Shown: positions 26,914-39,349 of the stretch, piece after piece
Layout of the letters: every line of letters starts with the position of its first letter
Numbering within the stretch: the first letter of the stretch is position 1
From: Mobula hypostoma
Taxonomy: Eukaryota
Length of the DNA: 64,000 nucleotides
Assembly (NCBI RefSeq): GCF_963921235.1
Contig: NC_086115.1
Location: 52,452,001 to 52,516,000 of the forward strand
Direction of reading: 5' to 3'
The notes under the pieces: generated by a model
Database searches by the model: none
What the model was told of the DNA's origin: nothing
What the model saw: only the letters and a program-made list of their open reading frames with translations
Made by a program: the position numbers and the translations under genes

Positions 26914-27265
26914 CCAGGCAGCATCTATAGGAAGAGGTACAGTCAACGTTTCAGGTCTCAGCCCGAAACGTCAACTGTACCTCTTCCATTAGTTGCTGCT
27001 TGGCCTGCTGCGTTCACCAGCATTTTTTGTGTGTGTTGCTTGAATTTCCAGCATCTGCAGATTTCTTCGTGTTTGCGTTTGTAAAACTGTTATACCTTTA
27101 AACAACTCACAGTGTTTATAAGCAGGAAAACTACTCAACATGGATTAGAACTTAAGAAGCCTCTCGGATGAGTGGCGAAACGTCTTCTAGACAAAACAGC
27201 AAGTCCAGTTGGCTTGATTTACTACTGCTTGATACACAATGACCTGGATGACTGAGAACTTCCAC
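26914..27265. mobile_element. PLE terminus fold-back (26914-27080) plus a second-family PLE terminus (27146-27265)
   Basis: Inverted arms around GGTCTCAG; hammerhead-like cores. Confidence 0.8.
27146..27189 (+). ncRNA. degenerate minimal hammerhead, second PLE family
   Basis: TAGAA-CTTAAGA-AGCC..TGGC-GAAAC-GTC-TTCTA; core CUGAAGA changed to CUUAAGA. Confidence 0.6.
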
Positions 27266-27269
27266 AGAC

Positions 27270-28355
27270 ATATAACTATAAAACCACTTGGGATTTTCCT
27301 TAACCTTACCTGTGGGATCCAGTTCATTCCCTCTATTTGCTCTCCTGATTTTCCTCAAAAGTATTCTTAATCTTTCTCCAGTCATTAAAGGATTCACCCA
27401 CTTCTTTTCTCCTAAGTCTGAAACTATAGATAATTTATCCAGTCTGAGTCACTGGTATCAGCTATACCCAGATCATTTGCAAGGTGTAGTCAATTGAATG
27501 AGCTTAACCTAACTAACCAGAATTTCAATGTCCATCATCAGTCAAGATTCCCTAAGCTTCCTACATTTACCCTTTACCCTAACAGGAACATGCTGCTCCT
27601 GGCTACTTGCTATTACACTCTTAAGATCCTCCCATGCTTTTAGTTCCTTTCCTTTCAAATAGACCCACCACAGTAAATACAGATCCTGCTTAATTTCCCC
27701 CAGATTAGCCCTGCTTCAGTTCAGGGCACTAACCTCTTGACCTGTTCATCTTTTTCCATCACTATCTTAAAACAAATAGAATGATAGTCACCAGAGCCAA
27801 AATGCTCCCCGAGACTTCCACTTGAGTTTCTTCTGTCTCTTTATAGAAGTTTCTTGGGTCTCATATTATTTGAATAGGGACTATCTGATTAGTTAACTCT
27901 TATCTACAAAATCTGATGGCATTTATTGCTAATCAGCAAAGTGATAGAAAAAGCACACAGCAGTTTGGCTTTTTTTTGCCTTTGTTCTTTTCCTGCCTTC
28001 ACCTTCTCTTGCTACTGGGCTCTACTTTCACTACTCTCCTTTCCCAATCCCTTTGTCCTTAGCTCTTCATAAACTATCGTAAGCAATAATTTTTTTTTGC
28101 CTCATTCTTGAATTCTGAGGAACCTCTAATCACAAAACCTGCGGAATGCTCTGTCACAGACTGTGGTTGAGGCCAAGTCAGTGGATATATTTAAAGCGGA
28201 AATTGATACGTTTCCTGATTGATCGGGGCATCAAGGGATATGATGAGAGGTAAGGTGTATGGTGTTAAATGGGATCCAGGATCAGCTATGATTAAATAGT
28301 GGAGAGTACTTGATGGGATGAATGGCTTAATTCTGTTCCTGTGTCTTATGGTCTA
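27270..28355. mobile_element. CR1 fragments (minus ~27270-27830; plus 3' end ~28135-28355)
   Basis: KVKENPKWFYSY; 3' UTR similarity to the other CR1 copies. Confidence 0.65.
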
Positions 28356-28811
28356 ACTGTCTAGGTGAGCTTCCATCATGAAACAAAAACAATTGTAAAA
28401 GTGATTAAAGTTACAAACTGATTTTTCATGATGCGTCAGTCAATCCTGCAATATTACTCACATAAAAAAGAACCACAGTGGAGAAATGGGAGCCAATACT
28501 AAAGTCTTTTAAGAAAAGAACTATAACCTAGTAATACAGCAGCGAATTAGTTAGGAGGGGAAACTGTCACTTTAAAAGATTTTGTCTGAACTGTTAGAAT
28601 TACCTAAATCAACGTGTGGAACGCACAAAACTTGAGTGTAGCTGCAGGCCAAAGAGAAACAACTGGAGTGGTAATCCTTCAGCCCTGCTTGAGCCCAGCT
28701 TTCTAAGAATGAGTCCCTCACATTTGTATTCTACTAGCTTGTAATTTTTGGTAAAATGACAGGTCTTTATAATGTCAAATTATAGTAGGAAAATCAAATT
28801 AAACATCAAAC

Positions 28812-28980
28812 CTGTTTCTTTCATCATTGTCTCTTCTTCTGTGAAATTCTGTAGTGGTGCATGAATGCTGCCACTGGCTGTCCTGTTAACAACAGCAGCT
28901 TCTGCATTGGAAGATCTTGAAAGCCTTGGTTGAACCCCTGGAAATGCTGAACGCCAGGGTCTGACAATAACTCTTCCCAG
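28812..28980 (-). CDS. ACADSB: ACADSB exon 2
   Basis: LGRVIVRPWRSAF...HAPLQNFTEEETMMKET resembles ACADSB APLQTFTDEE. Pyrimidine tract + AAG acceptor, GT donor, 169 nt, ends in phase 1. Confidence 0.9.
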
Positions 28981-29611
28981 CTTTTGCAGAATAGTAGAAC
29001 AAAGAGAAAAAAATCCATTAATCATCTATTGTAAGTTTAATCAGGCAAAAAAGTATAAAATGCAAACTAAAAATAGATTGCCAACATTAATAAAACACAT
29101 TCCATATGACTTATATTTGAAATCAATACATTATATAGTCACAGAAATGCATAATCCTATTTAGAAGCATAACCAGATTCAAACATATTTGAAGTTGTCA
29201 TATTTATTTCTTCTTTCTATATTCAATACTGAATAATATAATTTGCATGTTCTTTATCCAAATTGTTGCCAGGCTGTCTAGTCAGAATTAATATCTCCTC
29301 CCCTAAATTTGATCAATTTTCATTGTTTCACTGATACAGTTAGTCACCACATAATTCACACCTTGGCACCTAAATCATTAACTTTCTACCCTTCAATCCA
29401 TGAATTTGTCACTTGAAAACTTATGAGTTTCCATTGCTTTGAAACAATACTTCCTCAAAAATCCTCAAGGAAATTGTTTATTTAGTAATTTCTCCAATTG
29501 CATCCTAAATACAAATGACTAGATTCTAATAGTAATTGCTCAATATTCTCTTAATGGATCAATTATTAGTTAACCCTGCAGTGACATCAAGTTGTAATTG
29601 GTTTGTATTGT

Positions 29612-29659
29612 CAATTGTATGTGACAATTGTATGTGACAATTGTATGTGACAATTGTAT
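29612..29659. repeat. 13-bp tandem repeat (CAATTGTATGTGA) x~3.7
   Basis: Read directly from the sequence. Confidence 0.95.
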
Positions 29660-30975
29660 TGTCACATGTTCCATTATACTGTGAAAAGCTTGTCTTGCAT
29701 ACTATTTATACAGATCATTAAACAGTGCATTGCGCTAGAATAAGGTAAAATAATAACAATGCAGAACAGAAGTGTAAAAACTGCCAAAAAAGTGCACTGC
29801 AGATAAACAACAAATTGCAAGATCGCAATGAGGTAGATAGTGAGAACGAGAGTCATCTTATCATACAAGAGGTCTGTTGAAGAACACAGTGGGATAGAAG
29901 CTGTCCTTGAGCTTTGTGGTGCATGCTTTCAAGCTTCTGTATTTTCTGCCCAATGGGAGAAGAAGAGAGAATGTATGGGGTCTTTGGTTATGCTGGCTGC
30001 TTTACTGAGGTAGTAGCAGCATAGACGGGGAGGCTGATTTCTGTGATGTACTGAGCTATGTCCAGCACTCTCCGTGGTTTCTTGCAGTCACATGCAGAGC
30101 CCTAACAAGGTGTTCTGCATCCAGAAAGAATGCCAGTAAGAAGCTATTATGCATCCAGACAGAATGCTTTCTATGATGCATCAGTAAAAATTGGCAAGAG
30201 TTGACAAGGACATGCTGAATTTCTTTAGCCTCCTGAGGAACAGTAGTGTTCGTGAGCTTTCCTGGCCATTGACATCAATGTGGTTGGGCCAGGACAGTTT
30301 TTTTGGTGATGTTCACACCTAGGAACTTAACCGCTGATGTAGACAGGACAATATGCACTGGCCTCTTTTTGAAGTCAATGACCAGCATTTTTTTTTTTGT
30401 AGATATTGAGGGAAAGATTGTTGTCATGATACCACGTCATGAAGCTCTCCGTTTCCTTCCTGTTCTCTGAATCACCGTTATTTGAGATGTGGCTCACTAC
30501 AGCAGTATCATCTGCAAACTTGGGTGAAGAATCTGGCCTTGCAATTATGAGTGTACAGAAAATGGAGTTAGGTGCAGAGTATACAACCTTGTGGAACACC
30601 AGTGTTTAGAATAATCATGGCAGAGGGTTGCTGCCTATCTTTTCTGATTGCAGTCTGATGGTTAAGAAGTCAAGGGTCCGGTTGCAGAAGGAGGCATTAA
30701 CTCCCAGAGTCCAGAATTTGGTGATTGAGTTTGCATGGAATAATAGTATTGAAGGCAGAAATGTAGTCAATAAACAATAGTCTTATGTAGGTGTCTTTAC
30801 TGTCCAGACGCTTCAGGATGAGTGTAGGCCAGGGAGACCGTATCCACCCCAGATCTATTTTGGTGATAGGTAAATTGCAATGTGTCAAGGTTGTCTGGAA
30901 GGCTGGAGCTGACATATGCCATGACCAGCCTCTTGAAGCACTTCATAATGGTAAATGCCAGAGCCACTGGGTGGT
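29660..30975 (-). mobile_element. Rex1/Babar-type LINE fragment
   Basis: [46 protein letters not shown]. Confidence 0.9.
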
Positions 30976-31904
30976 AATCCAATCATTAACACATGCAATC
31001 CAAATCAGTAAAAGTGGAGTGTTCAGCTAAAACAAGTAACATTTAATGAACTACATTGGTTGCACTTCTTACAGCAGCTGCAGCTCAGATTTTTCAACCA
31101 TGTTCTTTGATGATTTGAGATTCTATCAGCTACCCCTTCCCACACAATCCCCCAGCTCCTCCAGCACTATATTCACCCCACTCTACTGCTCTCTCATTCT
31201 TTCTCCAAGCTCTGTTCATTCTTTTGATGCCCCATAATTGACAGCTATCTATTGCTCTCCTTCCAATTTCTCCTCATTACTCCTTTAAAATTAAAATCCA
31301 TTACTCTGACAAAGCCTTTGGTCTCAACCTATATTTAACGTGCTTGCCTGATAATAGTCTTTCGTCCAACTCATGAAGTTCACGAACACTTGTTGCTGAC
31401 CAGTGAACTAACAATTCTCCAGGCATTGAACGAGGAAATGCAATGAGTTAGTACTTTCTATAAATGAATGACCAAAGTAATGTAACACTCTCTACAATAT
31501 CTGGTACATCTAAAAGGGATTCCAATGCCCATTTGGTAGTTACTTTAGGTCAGAAGACTGCAGACCAAAAGAAAGCCTCCTTTGGGTAAATTTCTATCAA
31601 CCAAATTGCTGAAGCTTCAGCTGAAACAAATTAATGCAATCAATCACACAATTGTAGACAAGACCCATCATTTTTATAAATACAAATTCAGATTACACAG
31701 AATGGCATACAATGTAAAAGAATTAAAAGTAAATAAGCCAAATAGTGGGAATAAAACTGACAAAATGCCTGGTCTAACCCTATAACATGATGGCATCTGC
31801 ACCAGAGGAAAGAACAAACTATGCAGGTGGCCGTCAACCTTAGTTCAACAATTTCTAAAAAATATTAAGAATTATATATTATATACATATATTTAGAAAC
31901 CTAA

Positions 31905-33670
31905 GGATTGTAGCAGGAAAGCAGCATCCAACATCAGGGCCCTCTTTCATCTTGGGCATGCTCTCTTCTCACTGTTGCCATCAGGAAGGAGGTATAGGAT
32001 CCTCACGACTCGCATCACCAGATTCAGGAACAGTTACTACCCCTCAACCATCAAGCTCTGAACCAAAGGGGATAACTTCACTTGCCCTGTCACAGAAATG
32101 TTCCCACAAACTACGGACTCAGTTTCAAGGACTCTTCTTCTCATGTTCTCGATACTTATTTATTATTATTTTCACAGTTTGTCGTCTTTTGCCTACTGGG
32201 TGAATGCCCACATTGGTGGGTTCTTCCATTGATTCTGTTATGGTTATTACTCTATAATGGATTTATTGAGTATGCCTGTAAGAAAATGAAAATCTCAGGG
32301 TTGTATATGGTGACATATATGCACCTTGATAATAAATTTATTTTGAACTTTGGACAGTGATCAGCACTTCTTGAAAAATCTACTTTCCTAGTCATTCTCA
32401 GGAGCAATTCCCTTCAACAGACTGAGGGTTCCCATCAGTTGATTTGGCAAAGAATTCCAGTCTGAACTAATAAAAGTTATGACTACATGATTTTCATAGA
32501 ATAATTACTCAATCAAATAGGTCATGCCAATGTTATTTTCATATACTTGCTTACTTGATTCACACCAAATTCACATCCTGGCATTCACTCTCTTTCAGCA
32601 CAGGTACATATGGCATACGAGTACCACTATCTATCTTTCTTTCAAATCACACAATACCCTGACTTTGAAGTAAATCCCAATTCCCAAATCCAACTCCAGG
32701 ACTTTTCTATCCAACAATACAATAGAGCATCTTCATCTGAAGTACTGCAGCAGTCTCACAAAGGTAACTTCATCACTTCAGCATGGCATGTCATTGAAAA
32801 CCTTGGCAAACTTCTATACCTGTGTGGTGACTGGCTGCATTACGGCCTGGTATGGGAACACCAAGGCCTTTGAGCAGAAAATCCTACAAAAGGTAGTGGA
32901 TTAGGCACAGTACATCACGGGTAAGACCCTCCCAACCATTGAGCACATCTACATGAAATGCTGCCATGTTAGAGCATCCGTTAGTCTTGGGAGACCATGG
33001 ATCTGCGCCTGGAAAGTCTTCACTCTCCAGGGCGCAGGCCTGGGCAAGGTTGTATGGAAGACCAGCAGTAGCCCATGCTGCAAGTCTCCCCTCTCCATGA
33101 CACCAATGTTGTCCAAGAGAAGGGCATTAGGACCCATACAGCTTGGCACCAGTGTCGTCGCAGAGCAATGTGTGGTTAAGTGCCTTGCTCAAGGACACAA
33201 CACGTTCCCTCAGCTGGGGCTCGAACTCACAACCTTCAGGTAGCTTTAACCACTTGGCCACGTGCCCACACATATGCTGCCATAGAAAAGTAGCATCAAT
33301 TATAAAGGATCATCACCAACCAGGATATGGTCTTTTCTCGCTGCTGCCATCTGGTACAAGATCCAGATGCCTCAGGACTCACACCACCTGGTTCAAGAAC
33401 AGTTATTACCCCTCTACCATCAGGCCCTTGAACAAAGGGAGCTAGCTACACTTATTTAAGGACTCTCTTATATTGTTATCTCATGCTCATTATTTATTGC
33501 TATTTATATCTATATTTGCAGTTTGTTTACAGTTAACAGTTCCAGAGGTTTACAGTTACTGTTCTATAGATTTGCTAATTATGCCTACAGAAAAAGCATC
33601 TCACGTTCTATCTTCTATGTTGTATATGGTGACATGTATGTACTGACAATAAATTTTACTTCGGACTTTT
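31905..33670 (+). mobile_element. two Rex1/Babar 3' fragments (~31905-32352, ~32780-33670)
   Basis: FSLLPSG..NSYYPSTIRPLN and the same tail. Confidence 0.85.
32968..33273 (-). mobile_element. tRNA-derived SINE nested in Rex1, 10-bp TSD
   Basis: Head GTGGCCAAGTGGTTAA..GTTCGAGCCCC; TSD ATGCTGCCAT at 32958-32967 and 33274-33283. Confidence 0.9.
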
Positions 33671-34211
33671 TAAAAAAAAAAGGGATGGATAGCAAACTTT
33701 GACTAAGTTAAAAGTGATTAAATAAAAATAAGAATCTACTTCAATCCTTCCTCTATTAAAATATCCATTTCCCCTCAAATGTGATGGGATTATCTGCCTC
33801 AACTACTACTAGTGCTTAAATATAAACAAAGCTAGAATAATACACTTCTGCCAAACCCGGTACCTATAGAGCGAGCAAGAAATAAAAATTACTTTTACAA
33901 ATCATGGTTTTACATGATAAATTTAGTAGTTGGTAGTTTCTTTGGCAGCACTACAATGCATAGTTTTTAGAAGTGTACTTTAGCTTTAGTGGACAAATCC
34001 CTAATTTTTGGTGATGAGCTTGTCAACAATTTAAACAACTACAGGAACCTTGCAAACACAAGACAGAGGACATAAAATACAAGCTGCTACAGCAATTGAA
34101 AACAATGCAAGGTGCGGCTTGCAGCATTGTGTAGCTTATGGAGGAATGCTGCAATCTCTGATTTCAGAACTGCTATTTGATTGACAAATATCAACATAAC
34201 GACATAGAAGG

Positions 34212-34490
34212 GGAGCACAGTAGCGTAGTGGTTAGCATAAAGCTTTACAGTACTAGTGACCAGTACCAGTTCAATTCCCGCTGCTGCCTACAAGTTTGTA
34301 CACTCTCCCTGTGACCTCGTGGCTTTCCTCCAGGTGCTCTGGGTTCCTCCCACAGTCCAAAGATGTACCGGTTGCTAGGTTAATTGCTTATTGTAAATTG
34401 TCCCGTGACTAGGCTTAGATTAAATTGCGGGATTGCTGGGCAGTGTGGTTCGAAGGACTGACTCCACACTGAATCTCAATAAATAATAAA
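34212..34490 (+). mobile_element. tRNA-derived V-SINE (HE1-like)
   Basis: A box TAGCGTAGTGG, B box GTTCAATTCC, V-domain TTTCCTCCAGGTGCTCTGGGTTCCTCCCACAGTCCAAAGA, AATA tail. Confidence 0.85.
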
Positions 34491-34504
34491 CAACCTCTTA
34501 CTCA

Positions 34505-35282
34505 ACCACAGAAAAACCAAGAGGTGGTTATTGATAACAGGAGGAAGAAGTCAGTCCTCATTAGGGGATCGGAGGTGGAGAGGGTCAGTAACTTTAAATT
34601 CCTTGGTGTTACTGTAATCAAAGGACATGTCCTGGGACCAGCACTTAAGTGCCATCACAAAGAATGCATGACAATGCCCTTACTTTCTTAGAAGTTTGCA
34701 TAGATGTGACATGTCATCTAAAACTTTGACAAGCTTTTATAGATGTGTGGTGGAGAGTATCCAGATTGGTTGCATCACAGGCTGGTATGGAAACACCAAT
34801 GCCCAGCAATGGGAAATTCTCTGAAAAGTGGCAGATTTAGCCCAGTTCATCACAGGCAAAGCCCTCCCTATCACTGACCATATTTACAACAAGCTCTGCC
34901 ACAAAAAAAGCAAGGACCCTTATCGTCCAGGCCGGAGCCTTGGGTCCCACACCACCAGATTCAGAAACAGCTATTACCCTACAACTATCTGTCTCCTGAA
35001 CCAGCGTGGAGAACTTCACTACCTCAAGCTGAACTGAATTCACAACCTACAATCAAGGATTCTACAACTCATGTTAACAGTATTATTTATTTACATTTTT
35101 ATTATTGCTATGATTTGTCCTCTTTTGCACATTGGATGTTTGTCAGTCTTCGTTATGTATAGCTTTTCATAAACTATTTATTTATTTTTCTGTAAAAGCC
35201 TGCTAGCAAATGAATCTCATTCTAGAACAGTATATGGTGACATACATGTGCCTTGATAACAAATTTACTGTACTTCGACTTA
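34505..35282 (+). mobile_element. Rex1/Babar 3' fragment
   Basis: AQFITGKALP..HTTRFRNSYYPTTICLLN. Confidence 0.85.
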
Positions 35283-36402
35283 ACTGTAAATCAAAAATTA
35301 ATACCCCCTTCCTTTATAAAATATCGTTTGGCAAGATATAAATACAAGTTGGTCTGATTCTTAAACGGTAACACTTAAAATTGAATTGCAGTTTACATCG
35401 TCAAATCAAATCATTTATATTTCATTTAACGACAATTTTTATAATGAATAAACCGGAACTGTTATCAGGAGACACAAGAAAGATTGCAAATACTGAAAAT
35501 CTGGAACAACACAAAATGCTGAAAGGTAGCATATATAGAGGGAAATGAACAGTCACTTTGGGCAGAGACCGAAAGAAAAAGAGCGTCGGAGGGGCTGATA
35601 GGTGAATCTACATGAAAGCGGGAAGGATGTGAGGTTCGGAGGTGAAAGGTGGAAGACGCATAAGGGTTGGAGAAGCTGGAGTCAGATCGGAGAGGACAGG
35701 GGACATTTGGTCGTGTAAGATAAGCTTCCGGTCACTTATTTCCGCCGGGCTGAGAATGCCCATTTCCATTTCAGAAGCAGTCCGACTCCTACTTTAGTTA
35801 ACCTACTAATAAAATCCTCAAGTCTTTATTTAGTCCAAAGAATTCCTGTCTGGTATCTCTTAATCGATTTTGTAGACTCACTTTATCCGAAATCCTGCCG
35901 TGCCCGACCTTGAACAGTCCATTGGCAACACCTCCTTTATTCATCTTTTGCACTACTTACTTATTTTGTAACAAAGTTAACTTTTATTTCTGCCGCAGAC
36001 AACAATTTTCACAACATATGTCAGTGACAAGAAACCTATTTTTGATTATTTTCTGATACCGATTACTGCTTAAAGACTTTTTTTAAAAAAAGTGTTTTGG
36101 TTGTTATATCCTTCCATGGTCCCACATATTCCTGCCTCTCGATCAATCCATGTGCCGAGGCCTTGTTGTTGAAGCTTTCTTCCATCTTTCAAAAGCACTC
36201 TTTGAAATGTGCCTATTCCACCCGTGTTCTTTTATTTCTATTTTCATATATGCGACATTTGCAATTTGGTTCGCTTTTAGCCCAGCTCTAGATGTGATAC
36301 TCACCTTAAAGCCGCAGGGAACCAAACGATTTGATTACTTAAACCCCTCAAGTTTACAATAGCAAGCAGCAACTCTCTGCGAAGGACAGGAACATTGCTC
36401 AC

Positions 36403-36429
36403 CTTAGAAAACAACAAGTAACTGGCCAT
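36403..36429 (-). CDS. ACADSB: ACADSB exon 1 (MASYLLFSK), start of mitochondrial targeting peptide
   Basis: ATG at the edge of the CpG island, 27 nt to a strong donor AAG|GTGAGC. Phase 0 joins exon 2 in frame to give an Arg/Ser-rich N-terminus lacking acidic residues. Confidence 0.75.
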
Positions 36430-36699
36430 TCCGTCACTTGCAACAACCGGCGCACGGTGTGTGTGTATATAGATAACCAGAGAGTGGGGAGAGAGAGAGG
36501 TTATTTCTCGTTGTCCTTTACCAAGCGTTGCAAAACCTTGTGCGAAAATAATATATTCAACTAATCGGAAGTCGTCACCTCAGCCACCACCATGTTTTTT
36601 TTAACAAAGGATGTGCAGGCTGTAAAGAATAAATACGGTTAGGATTTTTTTTAAAAAGCAGCAGGTATAAGCAGAAGAGGGCGGTGATCGTTGTGCCTT

Positions 36700-37058
36700 T
36701 CGTGGCCAGTTAAAGCAGAAGGCGGCGGCAGCGGCGAACGGGCGGGCGGCCGAGCCGGCTGTAGGAGGGGTTGCCCAGCATCCCGCCCCGCTGATGTCAC
36801 TTCCATTCAGCCGCCTGTGCCCGGGCCGAACTGTGACATCGACGCCGGGGCTTTTGTTCCCTCTGCGGTTGAGAAAGACAACAAGACAGGGGACGGTTGT
36901 ATGGTCCCCGGCCCGTGCTGGCGGCAGTGTTCCCCCCTCCCCGAGCGCCCGCCCGCCCGCTCTCTCGGCCGTCTCACACGCCCACCCCATCCGCCGTGGA
37001 AACGACATGCTTGGATGTTTAAAACCGCTGCCGAGTGGAATTTAAGCCAGAGCGAAAG
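36700..37058 (+). other. IKZF5: putative non-coding first exon of IKZF5 (start approximate)
   Basis: GC-rich segment ending in donor AAG|GTAGGA at 37058/37059. The first coding exon has an acceptor at 44295 upstream of its ATG, so a non-coding upstream exon is required. Confidence 0.55.
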
Positions 37059-38155
37059 GTAGGAAAGGGCGGGGGGAGAAGTCGTCCCCCTTGTCTGGAC
37101 CCCGGTTTGAAAGTAAACGGACAGACGCCGCTGAGAACAGAACTTGGAAGCCTCTGTGGTGTTGGGGGAGGGAAAGCTGGTGGCGAGTGAAGCCACTGGT
37201 GACGGGTTATCCGACCCCGATCCCGAATTTCCTCTCCTTGAACCCTTCGTGATATTTTTTGTAATTGTTTTTGTTCGTGCTGCATTTCAAAATAACGCGG
37301 CCCACTGGTCTCCAACTTGATGCGCAACGCCATATGAGTGACGTGTCGGTTCGCCAATGGGCGGAGGGCCTACCTTTGTGTTTGCGGTGGTTGGACCAAT
37401 GAGGGCGATGGAAGGGCGGGACGTTGGTTGAGGCCGGTTTCATGGAGACATCACAGAAGCCATTTATGAACCAAAGCTCTCTGATTGCGGGTTGTTTTGG
37501 AATCCCCCTTACCAAAATCTCACCGCAGAGCAGTTTGACTGACTTGCATGTAGATAATATGCAAACAAAATTGCCCTATGTGTATTTATTTAATGTGTTC
37601 GTCGCAGTCTCCGAATCGTTCTTCTGTCTTGGTCCCTCAGAGGTTGAGACACGAACAGAAGCAATTCAAATCCACGTCTGTACATACAGGGCTTGATATT
37701 AAATACCCCAAACCTGTACAACGACCTACCTAACATGAGTAGACATTCAAAAAATGGGCAACAAAAACATGTAACCACAGGTTCTATCATGCATTGAAGC
37801 TTCTGACGATTTGATTAATATAGGACACAGAACAGCAGAAACCTGTTAATTACCTGTATTTAAATATCTTAAAATAATGAAAATGGACAGAAATATATTA
37901 ATTTATAAAAGAAAATACACTACAGATTGATAGAAAACTGGAGGTTAATATATTTTAAAATGTTACCCCTGAGTTGTCCTTTTGAAAATAAAATGCTGTA
38001 TTTGTAGTAAAGAAAACGCTGCAAAGACAAACCCTGCTGCTGGGAATTTGAAAGTAGTAGACTGGGTAACAGCTGTAAAGATGTTTTGTTTGTCGATAAT
38101 ATAAATATAATTGATGGGAATGAAATAGACTGTTAAGGAAGAAAAGCCTCAAGTG

Positions 38156-39105
38156 CAGACATCCCACCCTACAAAAACTCATTTCAGGGAGGTAGCACCA
38201 CCATTCCCCCAGACCCCCGTCGACCTCCAAGGGTGTATGTATACAGGACATTTGATTATGAAAGAACACAACAATTTATTTGATCATATATTGAAGCTAT
38301 TTACATGTATATAAATATATACTTTGAGTATTTTGTTGACAGTCTCAATGCTAATAGCTAAATGCTAATGCAAATAGCTTTTCTATTTCTTTTGCAAACT
38401 TTCCTTGTACTGTGATGTGGCTTGCTTGGCAGATTTGAGCATTTTGCCGGAAGTCCCAACCTCCTAGCAGTCTGTGTCAGTTAATTTGTTAATATTGCAA
38501 AACATCAGATTCACAAGATTCACAATTATATTTTATTATCATGGAGTCATTTTTTTATTCTATTACAACTTTAAGCAAGTGTACAGGGAATTTGGCCTCA
38601 TCACGTAGGACATCAATAGCGTAGCTCCTTAGCAGCAAGCCAGCTAGTTTAAATAATGTTAGCTATGCTAATGAACGAATGATACCTGTTAAACTCAACT
38701 CAACATGTCTTTTACAGTCTTAACCCACCATCGGCAATAGAAAAGTCACTGCTGCAAACAGTGCAGTGAGCAACACTGTCATTATTTTTGACCCCTATTA
38801 GGCAGGGGTACACTTCAGTGTAGTCTGGGGTGAAGTATGTTTTATATTTTCTTTTTTTGCCATGGCGCTGCAGGACACTAAACTGAACTGATGGACTATA
38901 AAGAGAGAGAGAGAGGACAACTGTAAAGCCCGCCCACAGAGAAAACTGATAGTTCTACTTAGCACAAAGAGAGACCAATCAGGATTCTGTGTCTCTCTCA
39001 AAAAAAAATCAATTTCTGGGATATTGTATATAACTTGTGGGCATCAGGGAGCCGCTATCAATATGTGGGAGACTCCCAGAACTTCCAGGAGAGGTGGGAT
39101 GTCTG
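38156..39105. mobile_element. 950-bp non-autonomous DNA transposon
   Basis: TIR CAGACATCCCACC / GGTGGGATGTCTG with CAAGTG on both flanks. Confidence 0.85.
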
Positions 39106-39349
39106 CAAGTGGAAGGATGGTCCTGAGAAGGCATCTGAGATCACAACAATGGTGTACTGCACAGTTGGATTTGCAGAGTGAAAGGCTGAAAAGACAGCAA
39201 GAATAGTGAGGCTGTGCTTGTGTTTATAAAACAAGCTGATTGACTCCATGGAGGGGATGGAAAAATGGTTGTGTTTCCAATGGTTGAAGAATCTGGAAAA
39301 GTTAAGATAATTAAAAAAAAAGTTAGAAGCAATTTGCTAGGGCGGGAAT

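Larger units (their letters stand above)
36360..37450. promoter_or_regulatory. CpG island / bidirectional promoter of ACADSB and IKZF5
   Basis: Dense CpG in an AT-rich background. ETS site CGGAAGT (~36567), several GGGCGG boxes (~36680-36750), TGATGTCA (~36792). Divergent genes on both sides, the same head-to-head arrangement known in human. Confidence 0.9.

Noticed and set aside
28981-29025. Upstream ATG (MINGFFSL..) as the ACADSB start
   Set aside because: It lies in the intron pyrimidine tract; a better exon 1 exists at the CpG island
29612-29659. CRISPR-like repeat
   Set aside because: Spacerless tandem repeat in eukaryotic DNA
36601-37515. Several 100-135 aa ORFs on both strands
   Set aside because: Low stop-codon density of a CpG island; no domain similarity
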